The notes beneath the pieces were generated by a model. That model worked only from the letters and a program-made list of their open reading frames with translations, searched no databases and was not told where the DNA came from. From positions 109,926,001-109,990,000 of the forward strand of contig OX597823.1 of NCBI GenBank assembly GCA_951406725.2: DNA of 64,000 bases. Reading direction: 5' to 3'. Below are positions 38,741 through 52,834 of this stretch, one piece after another. This DNA comes from Octopus vulgaris (Eukaryota). Position numbers and translations under genes: made by a program. Within the stretch, counting starts at the first letter, position 1, and each line of letters starts with the position of its first letter.

Positions 38741-39239
38741 GATATACACGCGAGGTTAATGCTAGTTAGAAGTGTTTAAGTATCTATGTATAAGCACACA
38801 TACATCCACACTCACAAAAACGATGTTTCTTCAATGCACACACATACTGTTAAGTGAATTTCTATACAAAGAACAACCGTATATACATATATGCATTGGT
38901 GTGCGTCTGTTTCTATTTAAGAATAGAAATAAAGTGAAGATAATTCATAATGAGCAGAAGAAATAAATGAAAACGTGGGTAAACATTCATATTTTTATAT
39001 ATTTGTTAAACGCAAAACATTAAAAAAATGCATACATTTACATTCCATAGAATTAAAATATAACCTTGCTATTTTTTATTGAGAATTCTTCACTGTATAT
39101 CTTATGATAGAAAAATACGTAAAATATGGAGGGTGAGAAGAAGAAAATATCACGCAGAAGTGTTAAATTTGAAAAATTACCGAAAATATCCGAGTAGGAT
39201 GGGTATGTATATTTTTTGAGGATTAACTAAAGAGAACAT

Positions 39240-39547
<308 letters not shown>

Positions 39548-39674
39548 TCGTTGTGAATGTGATGATGTTTATATTGTTATCATTACTGTTGTAGCATACA
39601 AGAAGACAATTGGTGAATTTATTTAAGACAAATAGTTAAGGCATTTTCAAATTATAGTTGTTTTAGTATATATA

Positions 39675-39715
<41 letters not shown>

Positions 39716-39738
39716 ATATATACATATATATATGTATG

Positions 39739-39838
<100 letters not shown>

Positions 39839-40447
39839 TCCACCTAACTGTGTGCATAATATTACGTTCACACAAATGATGAATTTGAGCATATGACTAA
39901 AATAACAGGGAAAAAATATATATAGTTTCACAAAAACGTGCAAAAAAGAATTAATCACGTCACCCTTAAAATATCTCAAAATTCTGCACTCGAATATTTT
40001 TTTTCTCTGGAGAACAGCATTGTATTGCTTAAAAAATAAATATAATTATTCTTCTGCATATTAATATTTTTCATCAGTTATTTCTGTCTTCGTAAATTTC
40101 TTTTTGTGCACAACATAAGCTAAGTTGTCAACAATATCAATTTAAATCACCACCACAACAATAAACAACACTAACCAACGAATGTGTGGCAATAAAAACA
40201 ACAGAAAACAAAATAGTTGTTAACAAAAACTTAACAATATCAGTATCCAATCAATTTCGAAAACAGTACCAAATATAGCATATATTATTGCCTTCATTAG
40301 CTATAAATACTACTATAACACACACATGCACACACATACGTAAACGGCGTTCCCATTACTATAAGTACTTGAAATATAGAATCCTGTGAGATTATTGAGG
40401 TTGTGTTTTGGTAAAAGAAATAATAAAACGGTATAATAAAGAAGAAG

Positions 40448-40486
40448 AGATCTAACGTTTCGGACATTTGTTCTTCTTCGGAAGGA
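40448..40486 (-). other. Degenerate minimal hammerhead-like motif
   Basis: Minus strand: CCTT-CCGAAGA-A-GAAC-aaat-GTCC-GAAAC-GTT-AGAT. Confidence 0.45.
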
Positions 40487-41250
40487 AAGAATAAGTGAAT
40501 ATATATACACGTGTTCTCGTTCTAATTCAGCATCCCTATCGAGGAAGTGAACTAAGTAAATGAGAGATGTGGAGTTATTTGTGAAGACGGAGATGGGTGT
40601 AGAGACTAAGAAATGAAGAGAACAACCAGTTCAATCACAAAGCTAAAATAGTTTTAAAAAGTAAGAATAAATATATTTGGATAGAAATCACTAATGTTAA
40701 TGAGACGATATGACAAGCAACAACAACTACACATACAGGCTGCAAATACGTTTTTTTCCAAATAAACATAACGACAATTTCTCACAAGCCTGTATTACTA
40801 ACAGCTAAAGTAATTGAAAAGAGAAGCTTGCCTTTAAAGAACTCATTGAACTTACCTAAACAAGGAGACAAGGGCTAGGTACAAGCAAACTGCAATGATG
40901 GCTAAAGGCTAAAACTACAGACCGTTCAGAATGGTGTTTCTGGAAGTAAGGAATGAGGAACACACAAATGATGTATACAAAACCAATGCAATGGTCTCAA
41001 CAAGGGCAGTGAATAAATTGGGTCAAATAATTGCAAAGATTGCTTGCTTGGAAAGATGTGTGGAAGAAGGCTCGACTTAGTCTGATATTGTTGGCCTTGT
41101 ACCAAAATTCGAAACAAATGTTATAGTCCCATATTTATGGTGCCTGAGGAAATGTAAAATGTTGCAAAAACTTTTTCAATGAATGTATGGAGAAACATCT
41201 AGAACCAATTTTCAAGAAGTGGCTATCATAAAGAAAATATAAGTATGATA

Positions 41251-41283
41251 AAACTGAAAGAATCCCGGTATACATATATGTGC

Positions 41284-41320
<37 letters not shown>

Positions 41321-41568
41321 TGTGTGTGTGTCTGTATCTGCCTGTATGATTTTTGTTTGTTTGTTTGTCTCCTATCACCGGTTGTGTGGCGGTGTCGGTG
41401 TGTTTACGTGCCCGTGAATTAGCGGTTCGACAACAGAGTCCGATAGAATATGTACTAAGATTGAAACAAAAACAGCTCTGGGGTCGATTTGTTCGCTTAA
41501 AATCCGTCAAGGTGATGCCCCAGCATGGCTGCAGTCAAATGACTGAAAGAAGGAAAATATAAAAAGAT
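41251..41568 (+). mobile_element. SINE family C, 5'-truncated
   Basis: AAACTGAAAGAA, internal GT microsatellite, GTGTGTTTACGT...CCCAGCATGGCTGCAGTCAAATGACTGAAA. Confidence 0.85.
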
Positions 41569-43281
41569 ATACTGACAATTATACAATAATAAACATTCTA
41601 GGTAGATATCTCGCGCCCTATAGAAAACGAATTTAACATAATTTTTTGTTTCTCTAATCGGTGTTTTCCTACATATGAAAACGAATCAGCACGCATGTTA
41701 TCTTTGTCTTCATGCAATCAAATTAAACAACCAGCTGTCATCATCGTTGACAGAAATGCAGTAAAGTAGAGATTGATGCGTTAGAAACGTATCATGTCAA
41801 CCCTATTGTTCTCCAATTCCAATGTAAAGTAAATTGAAATATAAATTCATCGAAAGTACAATTCTGTTATCTTTTCTCTTGAGCTCTATTCTGCATTTCT
41901 TCTGTGCATAATTTACATGAGTATATAACGTGTGAATTCTTCATGGAGAGTGTGAATAGTTCTATAAGAAAACCAGTGAGAGTTCTTCTCAATAATTCAG
42001 TCTCTCGCTCCCAATCAGTCTTCAAACCTGTCAATATATGGAAAATCAATTTCTGTTGTTAGTTGGGCGATTACTGCTCTTACTTCTATTTTTGTGTCTT
42101 TTGTTACTTTTCCCATGAACGTGTTATATATTTTTATTATTATTTTCAACACAGGCAGCGATTCAGCGAGTGACAGGATACATACATTTAAAACTTTTCC
42201 TTTACAACGCAATCTAAGTCCTCGTGAATCTTAACACATTGAGGAAAATAAAATATTTTTTATATCTTATTTTGTACGTTATTCCTGTCATTATTAATTT
42301 TCGACAACTACTTTTAATCATATTTTGCTATCTTCAAAATCTTCCGTGTATTGGTGCAGAATAAGTTCATATCTTTTCAGATATCTCAGTGCTGTTCAGA
42401 TTTAAAAGAAAATGTCGGATAGGAAGGAAGATTTAATCATTAAACTTTCCTTAATAAATGTTTCGGTGAAGTCGTTTATAGATATGTTAAGTTCTTCCGT
42501 TATGTGTTCTCCTTTATTGGATATATCGATCAAGGTTTAGCAACAAATTCTAGGTGCAAACGTTTTTATTAGCGTGTGAGAAACATGAATTAAGATGGGA
42601 GAAACAGACGGTTGAATTTCAAACGATAATGTAGTTAAAAGAAAAAGAAGGAAGACAAAACGGAAGTTTTAACTTCTATACCAAACACACCTTCAAAATC
42701 AATTCTCCAAACAAATGGCAGCCGATATTTTTAATCCACCTAATAATTCGAATATTAGTAGAATAGAAACGGCAAAGTTAATGCGGTATTACAATGCCAT
42801 ATCATAAGTATCGTGTGTTAGAACCACTACAGTGTTTCTAACTGCATAGTAAAGAAAAGCATTTTACTTTACATATTTCAGTTTAGTAAACAAAACTACA
42901 ATTTAGAAGAATTGACAGATGTAGCAGTCTAACATTCTTGTTCCAGGTGGGGAATTACAAACGTGTTTTGTGGTTTGCTACCACAACAGCTCCTTTATAG
43001 GTTCCAGTTAGCTCAAGACATCATCAAGAGGAACCACGTCCGGTTTCGGCCCCTACTCCTCTACCGTTTTGACGTGGCGGGGCCCCCGCTTTCGGAGGTG
43101 TCTTCAGCTCTGGTGTTGGGTGCATGTCTTTCTTCTTCTTTCTTCTGTTCCCTGGTCTCAGCCAGACTCAACAGTGCAGATATATTAAGAAAAGTATTCC
43201 TATAACGTCCAATTTTGAGTATATTAAGCCGCTAAAGGAAATTATCCGTTATATCCGGTCATTCTAAAAATAATAGGACAT

Positions 43282-43629
43282 GTGCAGGTATGGCTGTGTG
43301 GTAAGTAGCTTGCTTCCCAACCACACTGCTTGGCACCTTGGGCAAGTATCTTCTACTCTAGCCTCGGGTCGACCAAAGCCTTGTGAGTGGATTTGGTAGA
43401 CGGAAACTGAAAGAAGCCCGTCGTATATATATATATGTGTGTGTGTGTGTCTGCATTCATCCCCCACCATCGCATGACAACCGATATTGGTGTGTTTACG
43501 TCCCCGTAATATAGTGGATCGGTAAAAGAGACGAACAGAATAAATCCTGGGGGTCAATTTCATCGACTAAAGGCGGTACTCCAGCATGGCCACAGTCAAA
43601 TGATTGAAACAAGTAAAAGAATAAAAGAA
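43282..43629 (+). mobile_element. SINE family C
   Basis: Collinear with 20917-21328, with small internal deletions. Confidence 0.9.
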
Positions 43630-44623
43630 TGCTTATGGAAGCTCAAATCTCTGTTTTCAAAGGATGTATAACTCATCCTGTTTATCTTTCTAGTAGTTTC
43701 TGTCGCTGGATTGTGGTCATACTAGAACATCTGGTGGATTACACACAGTCGGGCAGTGATGTTATTTTTCAGTTATGATTTCGAAACCCGCCAAAGTCGA
43801 TTTTGCCTTTTATTTATCGGAGGTAATGAAATATAATTACCGTCATGTTTTGCGACCGATAAAATCCCCTGAACTTCTATTGAGAAATATTTATATCGTT
43901 GTTATAACTCCGAAAAAAAAAAACATGTTTTGCGGTTTCTATTCCGAGTTATTGAATTCAGAAATAAAGGGCCATCACTAAATACCGTACAACATTCGTT
44001 TCTTTTATTTACGAAGGAAAAAGAGGAAGAGAAGTAGGGGTGGAGGAAGAATCGAAGGAGGACGAGAAGGAGAAAGAGGTGAATGACAAGAACAAGAACT
44101 GCAAAAACAACCAAAGTCACCTATGTCATGTTCAATGTGGAGAGAATGTCATCTTCAATACTAGAACACATTTGAAATTAAAACAGTTGAACAAAATTCT
44201 AAAGATTAAACTCTGCTGTGAAGTTGTGTGACGGTACTGTCATCCTCTAATATTGTTTCTAATACGGACACAAAGCCAGTAATTTTGTAGGGCCATTTTA
44301 TTGAGCTGGGAGGGATGAATGACGAAACTTACCGCGGTAGAATATGAAAATCTAATGTAAAGCGCCGGAAAAAATACAGCTAATCTTTTTGTCTAATGTT
44401 TTAAGGATTCTGCAAATCCGCCGCTTTATTTGTTAACTGATATTAAGTGCTGCAAATGCTCTTAAGCAATGGCAATAATATTATAGCTGTATGACGTAAA
44501 ATAATTTAAATGAAAGAACTTTAAAAAAAAAGAAATTTAAAAGACTTTGTAAGTAAAACCAAAGTCATGTATTTTATTAAGTTACAACTACACTATCGTT
44601 ATATATTATAGTTATATATATAT

Positions 44624-45029
44624 TTTTATTGCCCACAAGGGGCTAAACATAGAGGGGACAAACAAGGATAGACAAAGAGATTAAGTCGATTGTATCGACC
44701 CCAGTGCGAAACTGGTACTTTATTTATCGACCCCGAAATGATGAAAAGCAAAGTCGACCTCGGTAGAATTTGAACTAAGAACGTAGCGGCATACGAAATA
44801 CCTATTTCTTTACTACACACAAGGGGCTAAATATAGAGGGGACAAACAAGGACAGACAAACGGATTAAGTCGATTGTATCGACATCAGTGCGTGGCTGGT
44901 ACTTATTTAATCGACAGGATGAAAGGAAAAGTCTACCTCGGCGGAATTTGAACTCAGAACGTAACGACAGACGAAATACCGCTAAGCATTGCGCCCGGCG
45001 TGCTAACGTGTCTGCCAGCTCACCGCCTT
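44624..45029 (-). mobile_element. SINE family D dimer
   Basis: Full unit 44803-45029 plus headless unit 44624-44802, joined at GAAATACCTATTTC. Imperfect flanking duplication CTATCGTTATATA...TAGTTAT at 44593-44615 and 45030-45049. Confidence 0.88.
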
Positions 45030-45212
45030 CTATCGTTATATATAGTTATTGTCGTGTATTGACAGTCAAACAGAACAGACGACACATAGTCACATCGATA
45101 ATGATAATGATGATGATGATGAAGAGGAGGCTTAAGTATAAGTGGGTAGAGGAAAGAGAAGTGGAAGCGTAGTAGTAGGAGGTGTAGAAGTGGGATCAGG
45201 TACTTCAATTGG

Positions 45213-45243
<31 letters not shown>

Positions 45244-45954
45244 GGAGGTGAGTAGAATTGTGATGATGTTGACAAGGGCAATGGTGTTGATGTTGGTTGG
45301 CATGGCAGTATGAGCATTGGTGACACTGGCCCCGCCGCAACGGCATCGCAAGCTGTGCTGCCTCTTCTATTGATGCACATGACGGAATATTTTAACAGAG
45401 AAGAAAAAAGGGTCGTAAAAGGAAAAATTTCTTTCGTTTTCTTTTTAGTTTTTTTTTTGTGGTAAATATAAGAACATGTTATTAAGAAATGATAGCAAGA
45501 AATAGTGGCTGAGAGATAGTGGTATGTTGAGGATACAAATAGCGGGCGAGAAATGTTTTTGTGCAGGCATCTGTTTTAAGTATATTTGTACGCATACACA
45601 AAAGCGTATATACATATATACATATATATTTCTATATGTATATATAAAAAATATGCGTCTCTCTCCTTTTGTGTATGTGCACGTACAAACATATATATAT
45701 ATGTACACAAATTCGCAAACAGATAAATACTGCTGCTATAAAGAACGGAATAAACAATGTCTAAATCATAGAAGAAAATTTTGAATCGTACGTAACTGAA
45801 TGAGAAGGTGGAGCATATGAATGCGAAGGGAAAACAAATGACAAAGCATAATTGAATGGATGTGTATTTGTTTGTGTGAACGCATATTTGTTTGTGTGGT
45901 GTTATGCGTCTATGTGCTGGTATCTGTATGCAATTGTGTGATAAATAAACGACA

Positions 45955-46190
45955 GAAGAAGGTGAAGGAGAAGGAGAAGAAGAGGAAAAAGAAGAAGAAG
46001 AAGAAGAAGAAGAAGAAGAAGAAGAAGAAGAGAGAAGAAGAAGAAGAAGAAGAAGAAGAAGAAGAAGAAGAAGAAGGGGAAGAAGGGGGAGGGGCAGAAG
46101 AAGTAGAAGAAGAAGAAAGAGAAGAAGAAGAAGAAGAAGAAGAAGAAGAAGAAGAAGAAGGGGGAGAAGAAGGAAGAAGAAGAAGAAGAT
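45955..46190. repeat. (GAA)n purine-rich tract
   Basis: Direct reading; it produces the poly-K/E/F/L/S ORFs. Confidence 0.95.
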
Positions 46191-46695
46191 AACAGGAGAA
46201 AAAGGAGAATAAGAAACAAAACCTATTGAATTAAGGAACTGTAACGAAAGAAGAGTAAGATGATCAACATCAGCATCAGCATCAGCAACATTAATCAATA
46301 ACATTAACAACTACAACAACAGCAAGAGCAATAACAACACCCTAACAATAACACAACATAAAGTGTTATAAGAGAAAATGAACAACAATAAGAAGGAAAC
46401 AAAGTATAAGAAAAACAAGGGCACAAACAATAATATCAACAACAACAACAACAACGCCATAGAATACGAGAAGACAGTATCAAGGTTATTTTCTGTATAA
46501 AAATAGATTAGGAAACAAATGGACAGCGAGATTTTTAGAAGACAATCAATGATTCAGTCCTGGTTCCCTATTGTTGGAACCACATATTTATATTGCTCTT
46601 CTTATTGTTCCTGATGTTGATGTCGTTATTGATAGTGAGGGTAGGGTGTTGGGGGTAGTAAATGTTTATTGTGTTGTTGTTTGTTGTTAAAGTTT

Positions 46696-46776
<81 letters not shown>

Positions 46777-47553
46777 TATATTTCTTCTAAATACTTTTCA
46801 TTGAGTAGACATAGACGAAATAGGGTGCTTTGCTCACTTTCAGATATTCGAAATTGTTTGTTTATCTTTATTAAGTTTGTGTGTTTTCTTGGTGTTTGTG
46901 TGTGTAAATGTAATTTGCGTGTGTGTGTGTGTGTGTTTGCGTGAGGGTCTGTGTGTTTGCGTGTGTATGTTTGCATGTATATGTCTATAATGGCGTTTAA
47001 TGTTGTGTAATAAATGAACGAATTGGTCGCTTTGCATTGTGTTACAGCAAAGTTTGTTCATAGTTCCGTAAAGTATAGTTCTAATGTGATCGCATTGACA
47101 TAGCTGTGTAGAGATCTGCCTGCAAAGATGGTTGAGCTGTTTAAAAAGTTAGATGCTCATCACTGTGATTTCGATTTCGATCCCACTCCGCAGCCCTTTT
47201 AGGATAGTGAATTTGATAACGTAAATTTATGCAGAATCACGATATACATAGATACATAACGTGATGATAAGTCGACTTTTTCCTAATTTTTCCTACGAAC
47301 GTAAGATCGTCAGTGACCCATTAATCCGGCAAGAAACTTACAGTTTGCTGCAAGCAAAATTCGTGTTTTCGGAGCTGCTCTTACAGACTTCACTCCATCC
47401 GTCATAGGTAAGCGGGTCGGGTCTGCAATAACAAATGAAGCATAATATATTATCCAGTGGTCTATATGACACCAAAACTGACTTTGGAGATCTGCGCTTG
47501 ACAAGCATATTCGGCGACACCCACAGCCGACAAACTGAGAAATAGATAAAATA

Positions 47554-48120
47554 TTGGGTTGTCCGGAAAGTTCGTGCCGCTTTTTAAAGGAGAGAAAAAG
47601 GTCAATAAATACTTGCTATTACATTTTTAATCAACCAAATATGAACTATTTTGTTGCACAATGGGTCTCTATCTTTCCTTTAACTTGAAAATACCCTCTT
47701 CCTAGATTTGAGGTGTTTTCATGGCAAATAATTCATCCAGGTATCTTTTTACGTCATCCAAGGAATTGAAATTTTTTCCATTAAGACTATTCTGCAGAGA
47801 CCTGAATAAGCGGAAATCCGAAGGAGCAATATCTGGTGAATATGGAAGGTGAGGTAACACATTCCAGCCGAGCTGCAGCAATTTTTGTCTGGTTCCCAAA
47901 GCATCAAGTGCCGAAAATGAACTTTCTTATCTTCCATTTTAAAGGATTACAGAATTAACACAGATTATAGGAACATAAACCTTCTTCCACGAAAAGATAA
48001 TCTTAAGCTGTGCTCTGAATGGAGGTGTAGTCAAATCCTATTTTATGGACTCAACCCTGTTCTAAAATAAGTCGAAAGTTAAGCTGCTATAAATCGGCAC
48101 GAACTTTCCGGACATCCCAA
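47554..48120 (-). mobile_element. Internally deleted mariner (DD34D-type) element with both TIRs and TA TSD
   Basis: 30-bp TIRs TTGGG(T/A)TGTCCGGAAAGTTCGTGCCG(C/A)TTT with 2 mismatches; TA at 47552-53 and 48121-22. N-terminus MEDKKVHFRHLMLWE is fused to C-terminus QKLLQLGWNVLPHLPYSPDIAPSDFRLFRSLQNSL. Confidence 0.95.
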
Positions 48121-48199
48121 TACATTTTCTCCTGTGCAGGTAGTTCTTTTGGCCTTTGACTAATTTAGTGACTTTGTATAGAATGAGCGACAACCTCCG

Positions 48200-48930
48200 T
48201 ATATTATTCTTTTGGTGAAGATTGAAATCGAATTGCGAGAGCGAGTCATTGTTACAGTCCTTTAAACGAGTCTTAGGTTTTTTGTTGAGGGCTTTTCTCT
48301 TCAGTTAGCTCTCCGTAAAGGATCTGCTTGGGGATACGACTATCGTCCAACTGGACTAGATGACCTGTCCAGCGAATGTCGTACTTGTGTATATGAGCTT
48401 CTGGTACCTCTGGTACCTCTGTGTCTGGAACATGTGTGATGCAGATACAGATCGATCTCAGCTGGTGCAGGTGTAAGCTTACCTGTAGGCTTAAATGTTT
48501 CCTGTAAACCACCCAAGTCTTGCAAGAGTAAAGAAGGCTTGTAAGTACACAAGCATTATAGACATCTATTGCGTTCTCCTTTTCAGGCCTTTCCTAGACA
48601 ACATGCGGTCTTGAAGAGAAGAAATGACGTCAATGAATTTCTTAAGTTGGAGAAGTATTTCATCGTCGGGGGAGCATTAACGGTTTGTCGTACCACCAAG
48701 GTAGGTGAAGTTCTCACCAAACTTCAACTTCTTCTTGTCAACGTAAATGGAGAGTTCCACATACGTTGTACCTGGTGCTGGTTGTAATGTGAGAACTTTT
48801 ATCCAGACTGATTGTCAGTCCGATGGCTTTGCGCAACAGGAACGACGACCTGTCCTTGACATTTGTATATCAGCAGCAGCATGCGAGACCAGACGCAGTC
48901 ATCAGTGTAGAGGAGATCACGGATAAAATT
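48200..48930 (-). mobile_element. Decayed RTE-clade LINE fragment
   Basis: Minus translation IRDLLYTDDCV (YADD motif) near 48925, and RWTGHLVQLDDSRIPKQILYGELTEEK near 48375-48295, typical of the RTE/BovB-like C-terminus. Confidence 0.85.
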
Positions 48931-49335
48931 TAGAGGGACTTCTCTTTTAGCGGCAAAGCAACGTGTGTGAAATTATTGCCTGTACTGCGATATCGCGCAT
49001 ACTTACATTCCTTACGGTTCTTGAAGGCGTCAATATGAAAGACAGAAAACAATGTTGGTGCAAAAAGGTCTAGGTTTTTATCATTGTTCTCTTCTTTCAT
49101 TGGTTCAGAAATAATGTCAATAACATTGACAGAAGAAGCTTCCATATCATCATAGGAAAGATTTGACCAAGTTCACGAAGTATTGGGAGAGCTCAGCGTT
49201 CCAAAACTAACCCGTACATACATATATACATACATACATACATACATACATACATGCAACATACATACATACATGCATACATACATACACATATATATGA
49301 GTGCATATATGCATATATCGATATATATTTGTATA

Positions 49336-49336
<1 letters not shown>

Positions 49337-49422
<86 letters not shown>
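49337..49422. repeat. (ATCT)n microsatellite
   Basis: Direct reading. Confidence 0.95.
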
Positions 49423-50031
49423 TTGTGTGTATACACGCACATCTTAATAATAAACTCTAGGGATGTTTCTCTGTACCCGAAATATCTCAGAAATAGTATG
49501 TTTTATCTTAATTTCTTTTGCATATTTATTTTCATATTTACCTTCGGCAATGCAGTACAAATTTTCGTGATATTTTGACCTCTACTCATTAATGAAAACG
49601 AGTAAAAACATTTTTTTTTTTATTGACGAAAAAAAATGGCTTCCGTGACGTTAACACATGCACACATCCAGAATACGCGCACAAATAATGAAAGTCATGA
49701 TTTGTCAATCAACACAAACACAAGCCCGCTGTCTGTGACGTATACACACACATAGTTTTCAGACACTCTAAGAAAAAAGAAGGTTCACTTTTTGACGTAC
49801 ATATTTTAATCATCTAGAAATAGTTTTCACAGAAAGTGATTTCAAAAATGTCAGTTGTTTGTACAGTATTTTAGCTTTCTTTAAACATACAATATTGAAT
49901 GTTTTTAAAATTATTTTCAAGCCATTAATTTCCGTAAAATCTTTTTATTTATTTACTTTTGTCTTAAAGGGAAAGAGAGCAGAAAGTTAAAGATGTGTGT
50001 GTACGTTTATATGAAATGGACGTGTGTATGT

Positions 50032-50068
<37 letters not shown>

Positions 50069-50277
50069 GAAGAGAGATAAGAAGAGAGAAAAATAGAGAA
50101 CAAGAGAGAGAGAGAGAGAGAGAGAGACCAAGGGAGAGAGAGTGAGTGAAGGGGTGTGTTGTCATGTATACTTACAACAATACATATTCGTACATCTTTT
50201 TGCACGTGTGCATGTGTGTGTGTCTGTGAGAGAGAGCGTGTGTGAACGTGTGTGTTCTTGTGTATGCGTAAGTTGCA

Positions 50278-50309
<32 letters not shown>

Positions 50310-50532
50310 CACAAACACACAGACTCGTCTATTTCATATACACGTTCATACATCACTTTCTCCTGTCCTTCACTAACTTTAAAACAAAAGTAAATAAAGG
50401 AAAAAAATTTACGAGACTTAACGAACGAAACCAGCTGAAGCAGTTGACAGTTCTGAGAGTCAAAGCGAAAGATCGCCCTAAGGGAATACAGTTACCAAAA
50501 TGTTTCGAGTGCATTGAACGTATCTCAGTTGC

Positions 50533-50650
50533 AAAGATTTGGCTGCTATTTCTAGCACGCCCTGCTACAACGTAACAGCTATTTGCGATAAAGACCCGAA
50601 ATAGCCGTTACGTGGTAGCAGGGCGTGCAAGAAATGGCAGTCAAATCTTT
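50533..50650. repeat. 52-bp inverted repeat with 14-nt loop
   Basis: Arms 50533-50584 and 50599-50650 are reverse complements with 5 differences. Confidence 0.92.
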
Positions 50651-51264
50651 ATTTCGCCGGTAAAGGGACTGTTTACGCGTGATTTCGATGTCACATTCGT
50701 CGAAAGAATACGACATAACCTGGAAAAGAAAAAACTCAGGAAACAAAACTCCATTGCTGGGAAACGCAGACTATCAAGGTGACCCAACGGGCCACATGTA
50801 GTATACATTAAAAAGAGAGACGATATATAGATATGTACAGACATATATGAATGTATATGTGTATTTGTGTGTATACATGTCGGGGGATGATATCTTTAAC
50901 TGATATAATCGTTGAAATTTTAAACACCGTCGTGAGAAATCATAATGTGGTGGTTTTGAAACGATGTTGGCTACAACATTTGCTCACTACATCTTACGAA
51001 GGCACTTTTTTTTATCATTCTTGACTTTTATCCTTGGATAAACTCACTACAGTTGGTTTTATCGTTAGCATGTGTGAGGAAACCAGTCGCTCGAAACGTG
51101 GCAGAAGTGTTCGGATTAAATTTGACAAATTTGACAATATTTATATCTCCTCTTTTCAGGCACAGCTTTATGTATTGGTGAACAGGAAACGGTATTGGAG
51201 GTATAAACATTAAAACTGTAGTTGAGAAAAAAATTAGTTATTTGAATATTGGAAACGAGTTACT

Positions 51265-51697
51265 TGTATCATGATGATTCTTCCCGCGTATCAAAATGCC
51301 GATACCATGACAGCTGCTTCCAGGCTCTGTAAAGGTTGAAGGACGTCATATGACACGGACAGCTGCAGCAGAGTCTACGTAACGTGACCAGCGGGAAAGG
51401 ACACAACAGGCGTTCTGGTTGAGTGTGAACACCGGAGTTCATACTCACATCTTCGAACAGCGGCGACTCAACTCAAACGTTTACGTGAAGCAGCAGGAGA
51501 CAAAGGTCAAACCCTGGCTAGAGAGGGTTACTGAGCGAAGGCCTTATGTCTGGCAGCAGGATTTTGGCTCCTTGCCATACTTCCAGAAAGTGTCAGAAGA
51601 GGATGTCGGAGAACTTTTGCGACTCCACTAATATCCTAATTCTCTCGATTGTAATTCCATAGATTATTGTGTGAGGGCCGCGGTCGAGAAAAAGACT
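51265..51697 (+). mobile_element. Decayed maT-like (DD37D) transposase fragment, second subfamily
   Basis: HIFEQRRLNSNVYVKQQETKVKPWLERVTERRPYVWQQD..PCHTSRKCQK.MSENF...PNSLDCNSIDYCVRAAVEK; homologous to 16634-17220. The 5' boundary is uncertain. Confidence 0.8.
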
Positions 51698-52197
51698 GTC
51701 TTGAGTCAAGGGAAAGTTTAGTTGCTCCAATTATTGTCTTGTTGGAAACCGGTCTATTAATTTAAAAAGCAACAAACCACACCATTGTTCCTAAAATTAT
51801 ATTTGAAAAGTAACTTAAATGACTGTCACATTGTATTATTCTACACCAGATGTATACTTACAAAATACAAGTATCATCGATGTCTTGTCGTAGATAGCTC
51901 AGTCAAGCATACTAGACCTCTCATGAGATTCATCTACCACTTGTCGTTTAGGGCATGTTGTAGTCGTTGTGCAACGATGATCACATGAATCATCTTGGCC
52001 TTAATTATTTCTAGAATATATGGCACCGTTTGCCGTGATTTATATACGTCATGTGGTAATGTATCAAATCACTACAGTGGTTCAATTTGTTTAGTTAGAA
52101 ATATATACACACATGCATACTCACACGCATGCACGCATGCACGCACACACACACACATACGTGTATGTATGCATATAATTGTACGATGCACTATAGG

Positions 52198-52270
<73 letters not shown>

Positions 52271-52740
52271 CAGACAGAGATTATTAGCCAACATCTCTTG
52301 TTACGATAAATGTAAGTAATACATTAAGATTTCACGTAAAGAAAGGCATGTGTATATGCACATTTCGATGAATATTGCAATCTTCTTCATAACCCATATA
52401 TATTGAAATGTTCTGCAGCACACAATAGCTACGAAACCAAATACTATTATATCAACAAAACTTTAATGCTCTATATCGCAGTTATGATGTCTTCAATAGG
52501 CAAAACGGACTACCGAGTTTACCTTAAAGCTTAATATGTTCGTTTTTGAAACGAGGTGAGCGTGGATAATTAAAGAGTGTCTCGAATTACCACTGAAGGA
52601 TCCTACAAGAATCAAAACGAGCATGTACAATTTTCCCACTTCTTCAGTCCCTGACTACGAACTTTTTTATAGACGTCTTGTTTATATTCGCTGTAACGTA
52701 TTGAATTGGCTAACATATCCGTATGTATATATATATATTT

Positions 52741-52798
52741 TTTATTTTATAGAAGGAGCTTTTTATATTTTATATTGAAGCTCCTTCTATAAAATAAA
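52741..52798. repeat. 21-bp perfect inverted repeat between (TA)n tracts
   Basis: TTTATTTTATAGAAGGAGCTT (52741-52761) and AAGCTCCTTCTATAAAATAAA (52778-52798). Confidence 0.9.
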
Positions 52799-52834
52799 TT
52801 AAATTAATAAATTAATTTATCTGCTATGTATTGA

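Noticed and set aside
43030-43090. HDV-like ribozyme
   Set aside because: Crossing stems exist, but P3, P1.1, P4 and the catalytic C segment cannot be placed on either strand.
45860-46192. Poly-K/E ORF
   Set aside because: (GAA)n tract.
51068-51103. Further hammerhead-like motif ending CTCGAAACGTG
   Set aside because: No recognisable CTGANGA box or stem II, and the cleavage triplet would be GTG.
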